Virus record (IMG/VR): IMGVR_UViG_3300031419_000581
Origin: a virus
Taxonomy: Duplodnaviria; Heunggongvirae; Uroviricota; Caudoviricetes
Strand: one strand, 5' to 3'
Length of the DNA: 64,000 nucleotides
The notes under the pieces were generated by a model that made no database searches, was not told the origin of the DNA, and saw only the letters and a program-made list of their open reading frames with translations. The position numbers and the translations under genes were made by a program. Positions 1 to 9,470 of the stretch are shown here, piece after piece; the stretch's first letter is position 1; every line of letters starts with the position of its first letter.

Positions 1-1174
1 CATAATCACGGTATTGCTTATGTAGAATAGTACCCCATTGATTCCATTTTTTATTTTTCTCAAAATAAACAGATTTTTTCAAAAGTTGTTCAATTGCTTT
101 TCCGTTGTTGACAGAAAATTTCCATTCATTAAGGTAATCAATATTTTTATCCTTACGAAGAAGCAACGTGAGAATAGCCTCTTTTTGTTTATCATCAGGT
201 TCAAGGTTATATTTATCCAGTGTCCCCATATATTTTACAATGCCAGTAACTCCATTAGTAACAAATAATTCTGCGAGTAACATTTCTTTACTGGGTAAAG
301 CAGGAAGAGATTTTTCCTCTTCTGGATTATATCGATAAAAGGAATCTGTTGCGCGAGAAGTAAGAATGGAATTTATAATAATGTTTGAAATTCCATCCTG
401 TTCCCATTGAGCAATAATTTCTTCCATTTGGTGTTCTTTCGCCTGTTTAATAAATTCATTGTAAAGGTCGTCTTTTTTCATTTTTTCCATAAGTTCAGGA
501 GAAATTTCCTGTCCAAATTTACTTTCAATGCTATCCGGGCAGTACGCAAGTGGCACCCACCATTGATTGCCAATTGTGTCAAATTCTTTTGAAGGACTAA
601 AAGACATAAAATCACAGGCAGGATGGCGAGAATGAAGGCAATCAATTTTACTTAATATCTGATAGTCATCCGTGAACTTAGCCCCATATTCTATAAGCTT
701 AAACATAACAGCAAAAGCGTCATTATGTATCGCGACCATAAGCGGCCATGTTTTAACGCCACCTTTATCATTGTTGGTTCCAGAAACTTCCCATCGTATC
801 TGTTCCTGAATCATAGCGTTAACATCTATGTTATGTGTATCGTTGAGAACGAGATTGAGAAGATTAACACTATTTTCCTTAATCGCTTCTTCGTAGAGGA
901 AATGCTGAAGGCTATCAATCAGTTTTTCATTAAAGCCTAAATTGATAAATCCTGTTTTAAAAAAAGCAAACTGCTGCTTATCCATTTCAACGAGGAATGG
1001 ATTGTCTTTATGGTGCTTGTTTTCTATAACGGTATTCTGCCAACTGTTAAACATTTCAATAAAACCTGATAATGCAGAATAATCGATGGGTTTTGTTGCG
1101 TCGGTAAGGTAATCGGTAATTTTTTCCGTTCTTTCTTCATAGAAAGCATAACTGATAATATCTGTAAATTTCAT
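1..1174 (-). CDS. Hypothetical protein, N-terminal part only; it runs off the window start
   Basis: Open frame on the minus strand from ATG (rc of 1172-1174) to position 1 with no stop; about 390 aa read by hand (MKFTDIISYAFYEERTEK...). It is absent from the ORF track because it is truncated. The plus-strand ORFs at 38-940 are its shadows. Confidence 0.55.
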   Translation of the reverse strand, partial: MKFTDIISYAFYEERTEKITDYLTDATKPIDYSALSGFIEMFNSWQNTVIENKHHKDNPFLVEMDKQQFAFFKTGFINLGFNEKLIDSLQHFLYEEAIKENSVNLLNLVLNDTHNIDVNAMIQEQIRWEVSGTNNDKGGVKTWPLMVAIHNDAFAVMFKLIEYGAKFTDDYQILSKIDCLHSRHPACDFMSFSPSKEFDTIGNQWWVPLAYCPDSIESKFGQEISPELMEKMKKDDLYNEFIKQAKEHQMEEIIAQWEQDGISNIIINSILTSRATDSFYRYNPEEEKSLPALPSKEMLLAELFVTNGVTGIVKYMGTLDKYNLEPDDKQKEAILTLLLRKDKNIDYLNEWKFSVNNGKAIEQLLKKSVYFEKNKKWNQWGTILHKQYRDY

Positions 1175-1232
1175 ATTGTTTCCTTATTTATAATCTTATC
1201 ATTATATCCGTTCAGGCAATAAAGATAAAGAG

Positions 1233-2279
1233 TTAAAGCCTGTTTACAGTGTTTTTGTTTGGTAATTGAGGCATATCTTTTTGTAAATCATAATGTATTT
1301 TTACTTTCTCATAATGTGCTGAAAGTGACTTGTTTCGACGACAGGAACTCAGATAATCTTCGTCAAAAAAGCGCATATCAAAAAAAGGATTATCGACACA
1401 AAGAAAGCGTTGCATGTCCTGATTATCATTAAGCATTTTTTGGCAAAATGTAGAACAAAAACATTCAAGATTATCCTGAATTTTATAATCATCCATATTG
1501 GAAAGAGAAGTAAAAAAATGTGTATAAATCTGTTTGATTTCATCTACTGTGAATACATCAAACATAGCTTCATGGTTGTTTTCTTTAAATTTTGAATTGA
1601 AATTTATGAGCATGAAGCATTCATGGATTGAAATATTCATTGTTTCTTTAAAAAAAGCATTTCTTAAATCCGCAGGCTGTTTCAATAATGCATTCATGTC
1701 ATCATTCATACTGAACAAGGAAGATAAAATATATTTATCGTTAATTTCTTCTTTGAAATAATCTTTAAAAAAGAAAAAATTATCAGACAGGTCTTTTGAA
1801 TAAGCGTGTTTTTTATTGAATTGACATGTCATTTCCATAAGCATATTTCGGATAAATGCGTTTTCTATAATTTTAATATCCTCAGACTGACTTCCAATCG
1901 TATAAAACAGTTGAGTGAATGAAAGGGGCTGATGAAAAGCACAGAGACTTAAGTTTATTGCTGAAAGAGAAAGTTGTCCATTAGAAAAGCCTGCTGCCAG
2001 AAAATCCATATTACCTTGTATAATAGCGACCTGAAATAAATCAATTTCACGGAAATTTGGTTCATGATCAAAAATAATGGTATCAGGTGTAATGCCTAAT
2101 AAATAAATAAGAAGGTAAAAAGTTTCATTATTCAACTTTAACCCCTGAATAAGAGGATCCATTTCATTATATTTATTAATATGTGAATAATGCTTATGTA
2201 GTTCATCACCATGTTGTTGAACATAACATTTTAGTTTTTCACTATCATTATTAATTATAATTTGAGTTAATTCATTCAT
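1233..2279 (-). CDS. Hypothetical protein, 348 aa, member of the C-terminal x-R-[LIM] tail family (ends NRL)
   Basis: Long ORF with no signal peptide; C-terminus ...NKNTVNRL. Confidence 0.6.
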   Translation of the reverse strand: MNELTQIIINNDSEKLKCYVQQHGDELHKHYSHINKYNEMDPLIQGLKLNNETFYLLIYLLGITPDTIIFDHEPNFREIDLFQVAIIQGNMDFLAAGFSNGQLSLSAINLSLCAFHQPLSFTQLFYTIGSQSEDIKIIENAFIRNMLMEMTCQFNKKHAYSKDLSDNFFFFKDYFKEEINDKYILSSLFSMNDDMNALLKQPADLRNAFFKETMNISIHECFMLINFNSKFKENNHEAMFDVFTVDEIKQIYTHFFTSLSNMDDYKIQDNLECFCSTFCQKMLNDNQDMQRFLCVDNPFFDMRFFDEDYLSSCRRNKSLSAHYEKVKIHYDLQKDMPQLPNKNTVNRL

Positions 2280-2347
2280 TTAAAAGATTTCCATTTAAAA
2301 GTCATAATCAATTATAAAATATTAATGCGTTTTGAGCCAGAAATATT

Positions 2348-2376
2348 TTGACAAATTAAGTGATTAAAGGTATACA
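2348..2376 (+). promoter_or_regulatory. Candidate sigma70 promoter, TTGACA-N17-TATACA
   Basis: TTGACA at 2348-2353 and TATACA at 2371-2376, about 30 nt upstream of the 2409 start, which has an SD (aaggaa). Confidence 0.4.
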
Positions 2377-2408
2377 TTGCATGATTTTATCTCAATAAGG
2401 AATTTATT

Positions 2409-3089
2409 ATGAAAAAAACCATGTTTGCAGTAAGTGCTATTGCATTAAGCCTTATGTCAGCTTCCGTTTTTGCAGGACCTGCTGAGAAGTCAGAAGCTGC
2501 GCAGGAAAAATTTGTAAGTTATAGTTTTTACGGTGTGGCTGTTCCAGCAGATAATGCAAAGAATATTAAATACACCGATTTACAGAAAATTAAAGACCAG
2601 AAAGCTATGGCGGCTTATCTGAAAGATATTACCAAAAGTGAAAACGCAAAGCTGATTACTTCTGGTGGAGGCATGGATCTTTCGGGAAAAGATTTGGCTC
2701 TTAGTGTAAACAAAGAAATTCCGTATACCAAAAGTGTAACAATGAAAACTGATGCTGCAGATAAAACTTTAACGCAAACTGTGACTATGAAGCAGGATGT
2801 GTTTAATGAAGGCGTTAATCTATTAATGAATTCAAAAGAAGATAATGGTTTTATTCGCACAAAAATGAATCTTAATACAAATACACTGTTATTGATAACA
2901 AAAGGTGATGTAAAAGAGGGAACGCCGGATTCACTGGATACGCATTCAGTTAAAATAGATACATCATTTATCGTAAAACCTAATCAGGTAGTTAAGTTTG
3001 ATAGCCCTGTTTACGAGCGTGAAGGTAAAGAATATAAAGATATTTATTTCATTCAACAGAGCCTGGGAACAACTGCGGTTAAAGGTTAA
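2409..3089 (+). CDS. Secreted protein of unknown function (paralogue A), 226 aa
   Basis: N-terminal signal peptide MKKTMFAVSAIALSLMSASVFA; tandem paralogue of 3221-3862, sharing the C-terminus KDIYFIQQ. Confidence 0.7.
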   Translation: MKKTMFAVSAIALSLMSASVFAGPAEKSEAAQEKFVSYSFYGVAVPADNAKNIKYTDLQKIKDQKAMAAYLKDITKSENAKLITSGGGMDLSGKDLALSVNKEIPYTKSVTMKTDAADKTLTQTVTMKQDVFNEGVNLLMNSKEDNGFIRTKMNLNTNTLLLITKGDVKEGTPDSLDTHSVKIDTSFIVKPNQVVKFDSPVYEREGKEYKDIYFIQQSLGTTAVKG

Positions 3090-3109
3090 AAATAAGAGAT
3101 TAATGACAG

Positions 3110-3135
3110 AGACCTGCTTCGGAAGGTTTTTTTAT
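3110..3135 (+). terminator. Rho-independent terminator
   Basis: acctgc-ttcg-gaaggt hairpin followed by a T7 run. Confidence 0.55.
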
Positions 3136-3159
3136 TTATTAATCTATATAACAAATCCT

Positions 3160-3189
3160 TTGACATGAAAATTGGCATGATGTTAATAT
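3160..3189 (+). promoter_or_regulatory. Candidate sigma70 promoter, TTGACA-N18-TAATAT
   Basis: TTGACA at 3160-3165; AT-rich -10 near 3184-3189; SD aaaaggaat before the 3221 ATG. Confidence 0.35.
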
Positions 3190-3220
3190 TCATGTCATTT
3201 TATCAGAAAAGGAATATCTC

Positions 3221-3862
3221 ATGAAAAAATTGATTATTGCATTATCTGTTATTTTTTCTGGCTTTGTTTCATTTTCAGCGTTGTCTGCTGATCTGTCTGA
3301 TAAAAGTGAAAAAGTTATTTATTATAATGTGATTGGAATTGAAGTACCCGTTGATAAAGCATCCAATATTAATAATACAGATTTAAAGAATATTCAGAAT
3401 GATGAAGAGCTATTTCATTATATGGAAGATTTATTGGATAAAAATACGGGAAATGTCATTCTTTTTTCTCAAGGTAAGATAATTAACAACAAACCTGTTG
3501 TCATTGAAAATTCGAATGATATTCCATATAAAGAGAAGGTTTCTATAACAAGTTTTGAAGACGGTTCACGCTTAACTGAAAACCAGGTGAATGTATTTAA
3601 AGAAGGTGTAAAAATTGTTTTAACTGCACAGGAAGAGAAAGGATTAATTAAGACAAAAATTGATTTCACTGATTCTCATGTGTTATCAACAAAAAGAAGT
3701 GAATATAGTAATACTGAGCCTGATTATATGAATATAAAATCAATTAATATGCGTCAAAATTTTATAACACAATCGGGTCAGGTTATAAAATTTAATTCTT
3801 TTGTTGTTTCGAAAGCGGGTAAGGATTATCAGAATATTTATTTTATTCAGGAAAAATTATAA
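3221..3862 (+). CDS. Secreted protein of unknown function (paralogue B), 213 aa
   Basis: Signal peptide MKKLIIALSVIFSGFVSFSALSA; paralogue of 2409-3089. Confidence 0.7.
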   Translation: MKKLIIALSVIFSGFVSFSALSADLSDKSEKVIYYNVIGIEVPVDKASNINNTDLKNIQNDEELFHYMEDLLDKNTGNVILFSQGKIINNKPVVIENSNDIPYKEKVSITSFEDGSRLTENQVNVFKEGVKIVLTAQEEKGLIKTKIDFTDSHVLSTKRSEYSNTEPDYMNIKSINMRQNFITQSGQVIKFNSFVVSKAGKDYQNIYFIQEKL

Positions 3863-3898
3863 ATCAGATTAATATCAGAAAAATACGTTGTATTAAAA

Positions 3899-3922
3899 GA
3901 CCTGCTCCGGCAGGTTTTTTGC
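3899..3922 (+). terminator. Rho-independent terminator
   Basis: Perfect acctgc/gcaggt 6-bp stem with loop tccg, then TTTTTT; near-identical to the terminator at 3110. Confidence 0.7.
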
Positions 3923-4002
3923 TTTTAGAGTTTACTTTTGCTGAGTATCCTATATATAAGGAGGTATTCCTGTCAAAATAATAAAATAAAATGGATTCCT
4001 GA

Positions 4003-6918
4003 ATGCCTTATATAAAAAATTCTCGTGGAGTCAAAGAAAAATATACTCCCGTAAAAATATCTAAAACCCTGTCTGAACTTTATTTCTATATGTATGGTAA
4101 AAAAGCCATTCAATACAGAGGTAAAGTTATAGAAATGACTAAGCGAATTTATGATCGTCTTGCTGATAGATTTGGTAATGATGAAACCAGTGAATGGCCT
4201 TTAGCTGAAATAAGAAATTACACAGAAAGAGAAGTCAGACAAAATACAAATGAAACAATCCACAAAACCTTTTTGTTATTAAATCCGCCTATTATTGATA
4301 GAAAGAATAAAGAAGAAGATGAAGATCTTTTAGGATATAGCTCCAGAAATATACTTGGAAACTTTGAAATTGATCCGGTATGGAATGTTATAACAGAACA
4401 GGAATTTGTTGAGCCTATTTTTGAAAATAATGAAACTCTTCTTGATTTAGGTACAACGATACGTATTAAAAAGCCCAGAACAGCAAAACCTGAAAAGAAA
4501 AAGAAAGAGGGTATTCGTCGCATTCATATTGCGAAGAGGCGTTCTGACTGGATCCAGTTCTGGAAAAAACTTTCTGTATTAACTGATCAAGTTTTCAATA
4601 TAAGCGTTCTGGAAAAAATTGTATCCAGAGAAGATAAACCTTATACCTTCGATTCAGAAGGTTGGTGGATATTTTGGGAAAATGCTATTTTTGAAGCCAT
4701 AAAAGAAGATCCTCGTTTATTCGTTTTATTAAGACTTGCGCAGCAAAGAAAGGCAAGAGCTTGTCTGGTGGGTCAGGATTGGTTGGATGGCTCAGGATTA
4801 AATCAAAAAGAAGGCGACATCCCCACAACGTTATATCTCATGGATCACAGTGAGCAAAACGATCTATATAGACTTTTGTGGAAGGAAAATATGAAACGTC
4901 TGGCAGAAGAAGGTCAGATAGATTCTATTCTGCTTAAAATATTTAATCTTGATAAATTATCCGTATTTATCGATCCCGGAAGAGATAAGCTTATTGACTG
5001 GCGCGGTTATCAGTATCTTAGATTAGGTGGCTGTCTCTGGGATATTCCGTCAAATCATAACTGGAATGTTATTACTTACCCTGGTATCAAAACACAGAAA
5101 GGCTCAAAAGAACCTCCTCAATGGGCATTTATGCGCCTTGCAATGGCATTGTGTGTTAATGAAGCAAACCCCTGGGGTTTTGTATTAGATTTTTATAATC
5201 AATTTTCACAACTTACGATTATTCCTTCTGAAAGTATGCTAAGGCAAGCGGGACGTAAACATGCAAATTTTCTTGAAGATAAATCAACAAAGGTTGAAGA
5301 TAAATTTGAGTCTATTTATGAAGCGATTCACCAGTCAGCAGTCGGAACAAAATGGACGGGAACGGTAAGTATGGACTGGTCAAAAGTCCGTTCAGTGGGG
5401 TCTCCTGTTAAAAATGGTGTGCGTAAATCCAGAGGAATATTACAGTTTGCCAAAACAATTAATGAATCATTGCTGGCGCAAAACAGAACCACTGATGACA
5501 GACCTGTAACAATGGCGCTTCCTCTGTGGCATTTGGAGGTATTAAAACTTATCAGAAATAAAGAAGAACAAATTCCAAATCTGCAATCTGTAATTTATGT
5601 AAGCGATTTATTTATGAAAAGACTGATGAATAACGAGTCATGGACATTATTCGATCCTGTATTTTTCCCTGAATTACAACAAAGCAGCAGTGAAGGTTAT
5701 TTGTTAGCAGAAAGTCTGGCTGATGAGCGAATGAAAATTTATAGTGGATGCGTTAAAAAAATAAGTTCACAAAAATTATGGGGAAGAATATTAAATAATT
5801 TACGTAAAGGCGAGCATTCTCTTGTTTTTGAAGATTCAAATAAAGCCTATGAGTTTTTCCCTAAAATAGCCCCAGGAATAACTGGTTTAGACGGTGTAGG
5901 TCTGTTTCCTTTGCCTGCTTCGAAAGATAATGAACTTTCATGGATAAAATGGCCGTCTATGGCGGTTAACTTATTAAAATGTATTGATGAAAAAGGCATG
6001 CCTCAATTAGATAAGTTAAATGAGATAGTCAGTTTTTCCCTAAGAATGCTGGATAATGCCATAACATTATCACTGAGTGATCAGGATAAGATAACCCATG
6101 ATTTTCGTTCTATTTGTCTGGGTAATATCGGATTTTATGAAGCTATAGATAAAATTATAGAGAATCAGGATGACGATAGAACATCGGTATTAAATCAATG
6201 GATTTCAGGTTTAACAGAAGCATGGTCTATGGCTATTTTAATAGCCGATCAGGAACTGGTAAAAGAAAGAGGTGCGGCAAAAGCATGTGAATTATATAAA
6301 TCAGATTTATCTTTATTTGACCCCATTAAAAATATGGAAAAACTGAAAGAAATGCGTGGTGGAGCATTAAAGATAAATATAAAACAGAATCCGGTCTGGA
6401 ATAGTTTAAATAAACAGGCTGAAATATCAGGATATCGTTTTATTAATAAAAGCTGCTGGGCTCCTTTTAAAAATATGGCAGGAATAGCGGGTGTTTCACC
6501 TGGTGGAATAGGTTCATTGCAGCCTGTTGAAAATATAGAAGATGAAAAAGGTATTTCTCGATGGATTCCTACTCCTTTATTATTAAATAAATGTTTTAGC
6601 TATCCTGACAAAATAAAAGAATATAATAAATCAATGAAACAACCGGGTGTGCCAAGGGTATGGGAGAGCAGTATAAACGATGTGGCGTATCCAAATGAAG
6701 AAAACTGGAAAATGCTAATGGAACAAGCTGCTTTAATACGTCCGTGGAACGATCAGGGTGTATCGGTAACATTACCTATTGGTTTACCTGTAAACAGATT
6801 GAATATATTAATACAGGAAGCCTGGTGGTATGGATTAAATGTAATAAGGTTTGAGAAAGCATTAAAACGAATTGAAAATAAAAATAATGATGAAGAAAAT
6901 GAAATTGAGGAAATATAA
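4003..6918 (+). CDS. Large hypothetical protein, 971 aa, no recognisable domain
   Basis: Uninterrupted 2.9-kb ORF immediately upstream of the HerA-like ATPase gene. Confidence 0.7.
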   Translation: MPYIKNSRGVKEKYTPVKISKTLSELYFYMYGKKAIQYRGKVIEMTKRIYDRLADRFGNDETSEWPLAEIRNYTEREVRQNTNETIHKTFLLLNPPIIDRKNKEEDEDLLGYSSRNILGNFEIDPVWNVITEQEFVEPIFENNETLLDLGTTIRIKKPRTAKPEKKKKEGIRRIHIAKRRSDWIQFWKKLSVLTDQVFNISVLEKIVSREDKPYTFDSEGWWIFWENAIFEAIKEDPRLFVLLRLAQQRKARACLVGQDWLDGSGLNQKEGDIPTTLYLMDHSEQNDLYRLLWKENMKRLAEEGQIDSILLKIFNLDKLSVFIDPGRDKLIDWRGYQYLRLGGCLWDIPSNHNWNVITYPGIKTQKGSKEPPQWAFMRLAMALCVNEANPWGFVLDFYNQFSQLTIIPSESMLRQAGRKHANFLEDKSTKVEDKFESIYEAIHQSAVGTKWTGTVSMDWSKVRSVGSPVKNGVRKSRGILQFAKTINESLLAQNRTTDDRPVTMALPLWHLEVLKLIRNKEEQIPNLQSVIYVSDLFMKRLMNNESWTLFDPVFFPELQQSSSEGYLLAESLADERMKIYSGCVKKISSQKLWGRILNNLRKGEHSLVFEDSNKAYEFFPKIAPGITGLDGVGLFPLPASKDNELSWIKWPSMAVNLLKCIDEKGMPQLDKLNEIVSFSLRMLDNAITLSLSDQDKITHDFRSICLGNIGFYEAIDKIIENQDDDRTSVLNQWISGLTEAWSMAILIADQELVKERGAAKACELYKSDLSLFDPIKNMEKLKEMRGGALKINIKQNPVWNSLNKQAEISGYRFINKSCWAPFKNMAGIAGVSPGGIGSLQPVENIEDEKGISRWIPTPLLLNKCFSYPDKIKEYNKSMKQPGVPRVWESSINDVAYPNEENWKMLMEQAALIRPWNDQGVSVTLPIGLPVNRLNILIQEAWWYGLNVIRFEKALKRIENKNNDEENEIEEI

Positions 6919-7028
6919 AATAAGCCTGGCTTAATTGACTCAAAAGCAAAATCGTTTATTCTTTTATAGAGTCTAAATTTTCATAATAATAAATTAAATA
7001 TAAATTAAATAAAAAAGGTAGGGTTTTT

Positions 7029-8363
7029 GTGCAGATAAAATTTGGTTATGATTCGGCTACGCTGAAAAGTGGTCAGCCCAAAGAAATAATATGGGATTCT
7101 CAAAGATTAATAAATGGTCACGTATTAATTATGGGTAAAAGTGGTACGGGTAAAACATTTACCCTGAAAAAGATGTTAAATCAATTATCGAGCCAGACAA
7201 ATGGAAATTTTCGTTGTCATATAATGGATGTTCATGGGGATATTGATATAGAAGGTTCTTCCACTGTAAAGTTCTCAGAATCAACGGATTATGGATTTAA
7301 TCCTTTAAAAATAAACCCAGATCCTGATTTTGGTGGAGTAAGAAAACGTATTCAATCATTTATTTCAGCCTTGGGTAGAACCGGTTTTAAGTTGGGTCCA
7401 AAACAGGAAGCAGCACTACGAAATGTATTGAATGATTTATATTCTGCCAATGGTTTTTATGACGGTGATCCTAAATCATGGAAATTAAATGATGGAGTAA
7501 AAAGAGCTTACGATAAAAAAAATCCGACAATGGAAGATGCTGTGCGTTATGCTAATTCGAAGTTAAAATCCATGATGCTTGGAACCTCTTCTGCAGCAAT
7601 TACAGCACTGGAAAAATTAAACCGTAAGCAGGCTCAGTTTTATAAAAAAATGAAGCAGGTAAATAAATCATCTCATGATCCTGTTGAAGTCGAAATATTA
7701 AAAAAAGAAGTAGAGAAACTATCGAATGAAGCTCAGACATTATTTGAAGAGCATTTAAAAAATATTCAAACAGGATTTGAATTTACTGACTTGATGAAGT
7801 ATGATTCTAAAGAGGTTATGAAATCTGTTGTGGACAGGCTGGAAAACCTGAATAATATCGGTATATTCAAGCCTAAAAATCCACCGTTTGATCCGAAGAA
7901 TCCGATATGGCGTTATGATATAAAATCATTATCAACGGATGAAAAAAGGCTTTTTGTTTCTTTTATTCTGGAAGCAATTTTTCACAAAGCGGTTCAGCGT
8001 GGTGTTCAAAGTGATGTTGTTGAAGTTGTTATTCTGGACGAAGCGCACTTATTCCTGACAGCAGATGACGATAACCCAATTAATATTATTGCGAAAGAAG
8101 CAAGAAAATTTGGTCTTGGATTATTTGCAGCAAGTCAGTCACCTACTCACTTCTCGGATGACTTTTTGTCAAACGTAAGTACGAAGATCATTTTAGGTAT
8201 TGACCAGATGTACTGGGATAATTCAGTCAGGAAACTTAAAATGGATCAGGCTGCTCTTGAATGGCTGGTGCCACATAAAAGTCTGTTAATACAATTAAAT
8301 AACAAGGGTGAAACGAGAAATCGTTTTATATGGGCAGTCAATGATGTCTATGGCAGAAAATGA
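7029..8363 (+). CDS. FtsK/HerA-superfamily (DUF87-like) P-loop ATPase, 444 aa
   Basis: GTG start. Walker A LIMGKSGTGKT; HerA-like HIMDVHGDI and NPL segments; Walker B VVEVVILDEAHLF. Confidence 0.7.
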   Translation: MQIKFGYDSATLKSGQPKEIIWDSQRLINGHVLIMGKSGTGKTFTLKKMLNQLSSQTNGNFRCHIMDVHGDIDIEGSSTVKFSESTDYGFNPLKINPDPDFGGVRKRIQSFISALGRTGFKLGPKQEAALRNVLNDLYSANGFYDGDPKSWKLNDGVKRAYDKKNPTMEDAVRYANSKLKSMMLGTSSAAITALEKLNRKQAQFYKKMKQVNKSSHDPVEVEILKKEVEKLSNEAQTLFEEHLKNIQTGFEFTDLMKYDSKEVMKSVVDRLENLNNIGIFKPKNPPFDPKNPIWRYDIKSLSTDEKRLFVSFILEAIFHKAVQRGVQSDVVEVVILDEAHLFLTADDDNPINIIAKEARKFGLGLFAASQSPTHFSDDFLSNVSTKIILGIDQMYWDNSVRKLKMDQAALEWLVPHKSLLIQLNNKGETRNRFIWAVNDVYGRK

Positions 8364-8547
8364 GTTAACAGTGAAAACGGAGGAAACAGAAAAGAATGGA
8401 CTCTCCTGTATTCCTTCACCTTGTTTAGTGCCATCTAAACGCTTATTAATGCAATTGCATAGTAAAGGTGAAAAAAGAAATAAAAGAAATGGTTTCACGT
8501 GGGTCAAAAATCGTAATGATATTTATAATATGGAGGAAATTATATGA
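8341..8547 (+). CDS. Small hypothetical protein, about 68 aa (uncertain)
   Basis: In-frame ATGs at 8341, 8344 and 8350; the stop overlaps the next start as ATGA; weak RBS. Confidence 0.3.
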   Translation: MMSMAENELTVKTEETEKNGLSCIPSPCLVPSKRLLMQLHSKGEKRNKRNGFTWVKNRNDIYNMEEII

Positions 8548-8951
8548 CCGAACAAAAAAAATCAGTAAAAAGCAGTGGTCAAAATGGAATTTTAGTAGAT
8601 ATCATCGTTCACCCTATGGTAATGCGCTGGCTTTCTCAGACGGCGCATCAGGATACAGATGGGTTTTGCAGACTGGTGGAATCCAATAATAGTCGTTTTC
8701 GTAAAATGTTTGGTGTTCCGACCTGGCATGCTGACGGGAAAGACGGCTGGACGGAAGGCTGGGCAATCAGTGAAAGTGGATTAAACTGGATGGTCTTAAG
8801 TAGTCCAAAGACTTCGACGAGTCCTGGTATAACAAAATTTAAGATAGTATTATCTATTTCTGAAGAAGAATTTAAAAATAATGCAAAAATGGCGTTAGGT
8901 ATAACAGAATATTTGCAGTATTTAATGCAAACTTTAATGGGTGAAGAATAA
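8544..8951 (+). CDS. Hypothetical protein, 135 aa
   Basis: Strong SD tggaggaaa 5 nt upstream of the ATG; the stop abuts the SD of the next gene. Confidence 0.55.
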   Translation: MTEQKKSVKSSGQNGILVDIIVHPMVMRWLSQTAHQDTDGFCRLVESNNSRFRKMFGVPTWHADGKDGWTEGWAISESGLNWMVLSSPKTSTSPGITKFKIVLSISEEEFKNNAKMALGITEYLQYLMQTLMGEE

Positions 8952-8964
8952 CGGAGGAAGAGTT

Positions 8965-9318
8965 ATGAGTTTACTTATCGATGATAGTGCAAAAAAACGA
9001 CTTGAAGAATTACATAAAGAAGATAAAGCCTCTAACCGGATATTGTTGATTGACCTAAATCAGTCAGGATGTTCTGGCTGGGCATATCACTATTCATGGC
9101 TTGTTTCTCAGGAAGCGTCAAAGAAAAAACTGATCGTTGAAGAAATTGAAATGAACGGTCATCATTTTAGTGTAGGCTATCCAGAAATGTATGCTGATTA
9201 TTTTAAAGGCGCGACATTAATTTATAAAAAAGAAGGATTAAATACGCGTCTGTTAATTGATAATCCGAATGTCATGTCTGAGTGTGGGTGTGGTGAAAGT
9301 GTCAATTTTCAGCAATAG
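8965..9318 (+). CDS. erpA: A-type iron-sulfur cluster carrier (IscA/HesB/ErpA family)
   Basis: GCSGWAY motif and C-terminal SECGCGESV; SD acggaggaag before the ATG at 8965. The track start at 8941 is an upstream GTG. Confidence 0.8.
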   Translation: MSLLIDDSAKKRLEELHKEDKASNRILLIDLNQSGCSGWAYHYSWLVSQEASKKKLIVEEIEMNGHHFSVGYPEMYADYFKGATLIYKKEGLNTRLLIDNPNVMSECGCGESVNFQQ

Positions 9319-9470
9319 TTTTAAAAAAACTAAATAGCAATCTGATAAATGAGAAGCGTTTTTAATAAAGCGCTTTTTTTTATGTTCAAAATATCAAAAA
9401 AGCTGTATTAATTGAAAAAAAGCGGTTAAAATAATAGAGATGATAATTCAAAACATAAAAGGTAATTGAT

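Noticed and set aside
38-940. Three short plus-strand ORFs at the window start
   Set aside because: They lie antisense within a long uninterrupted minus-strand reading frame (1-1174) that has a credible start, so they are treated as shadow ORFs.
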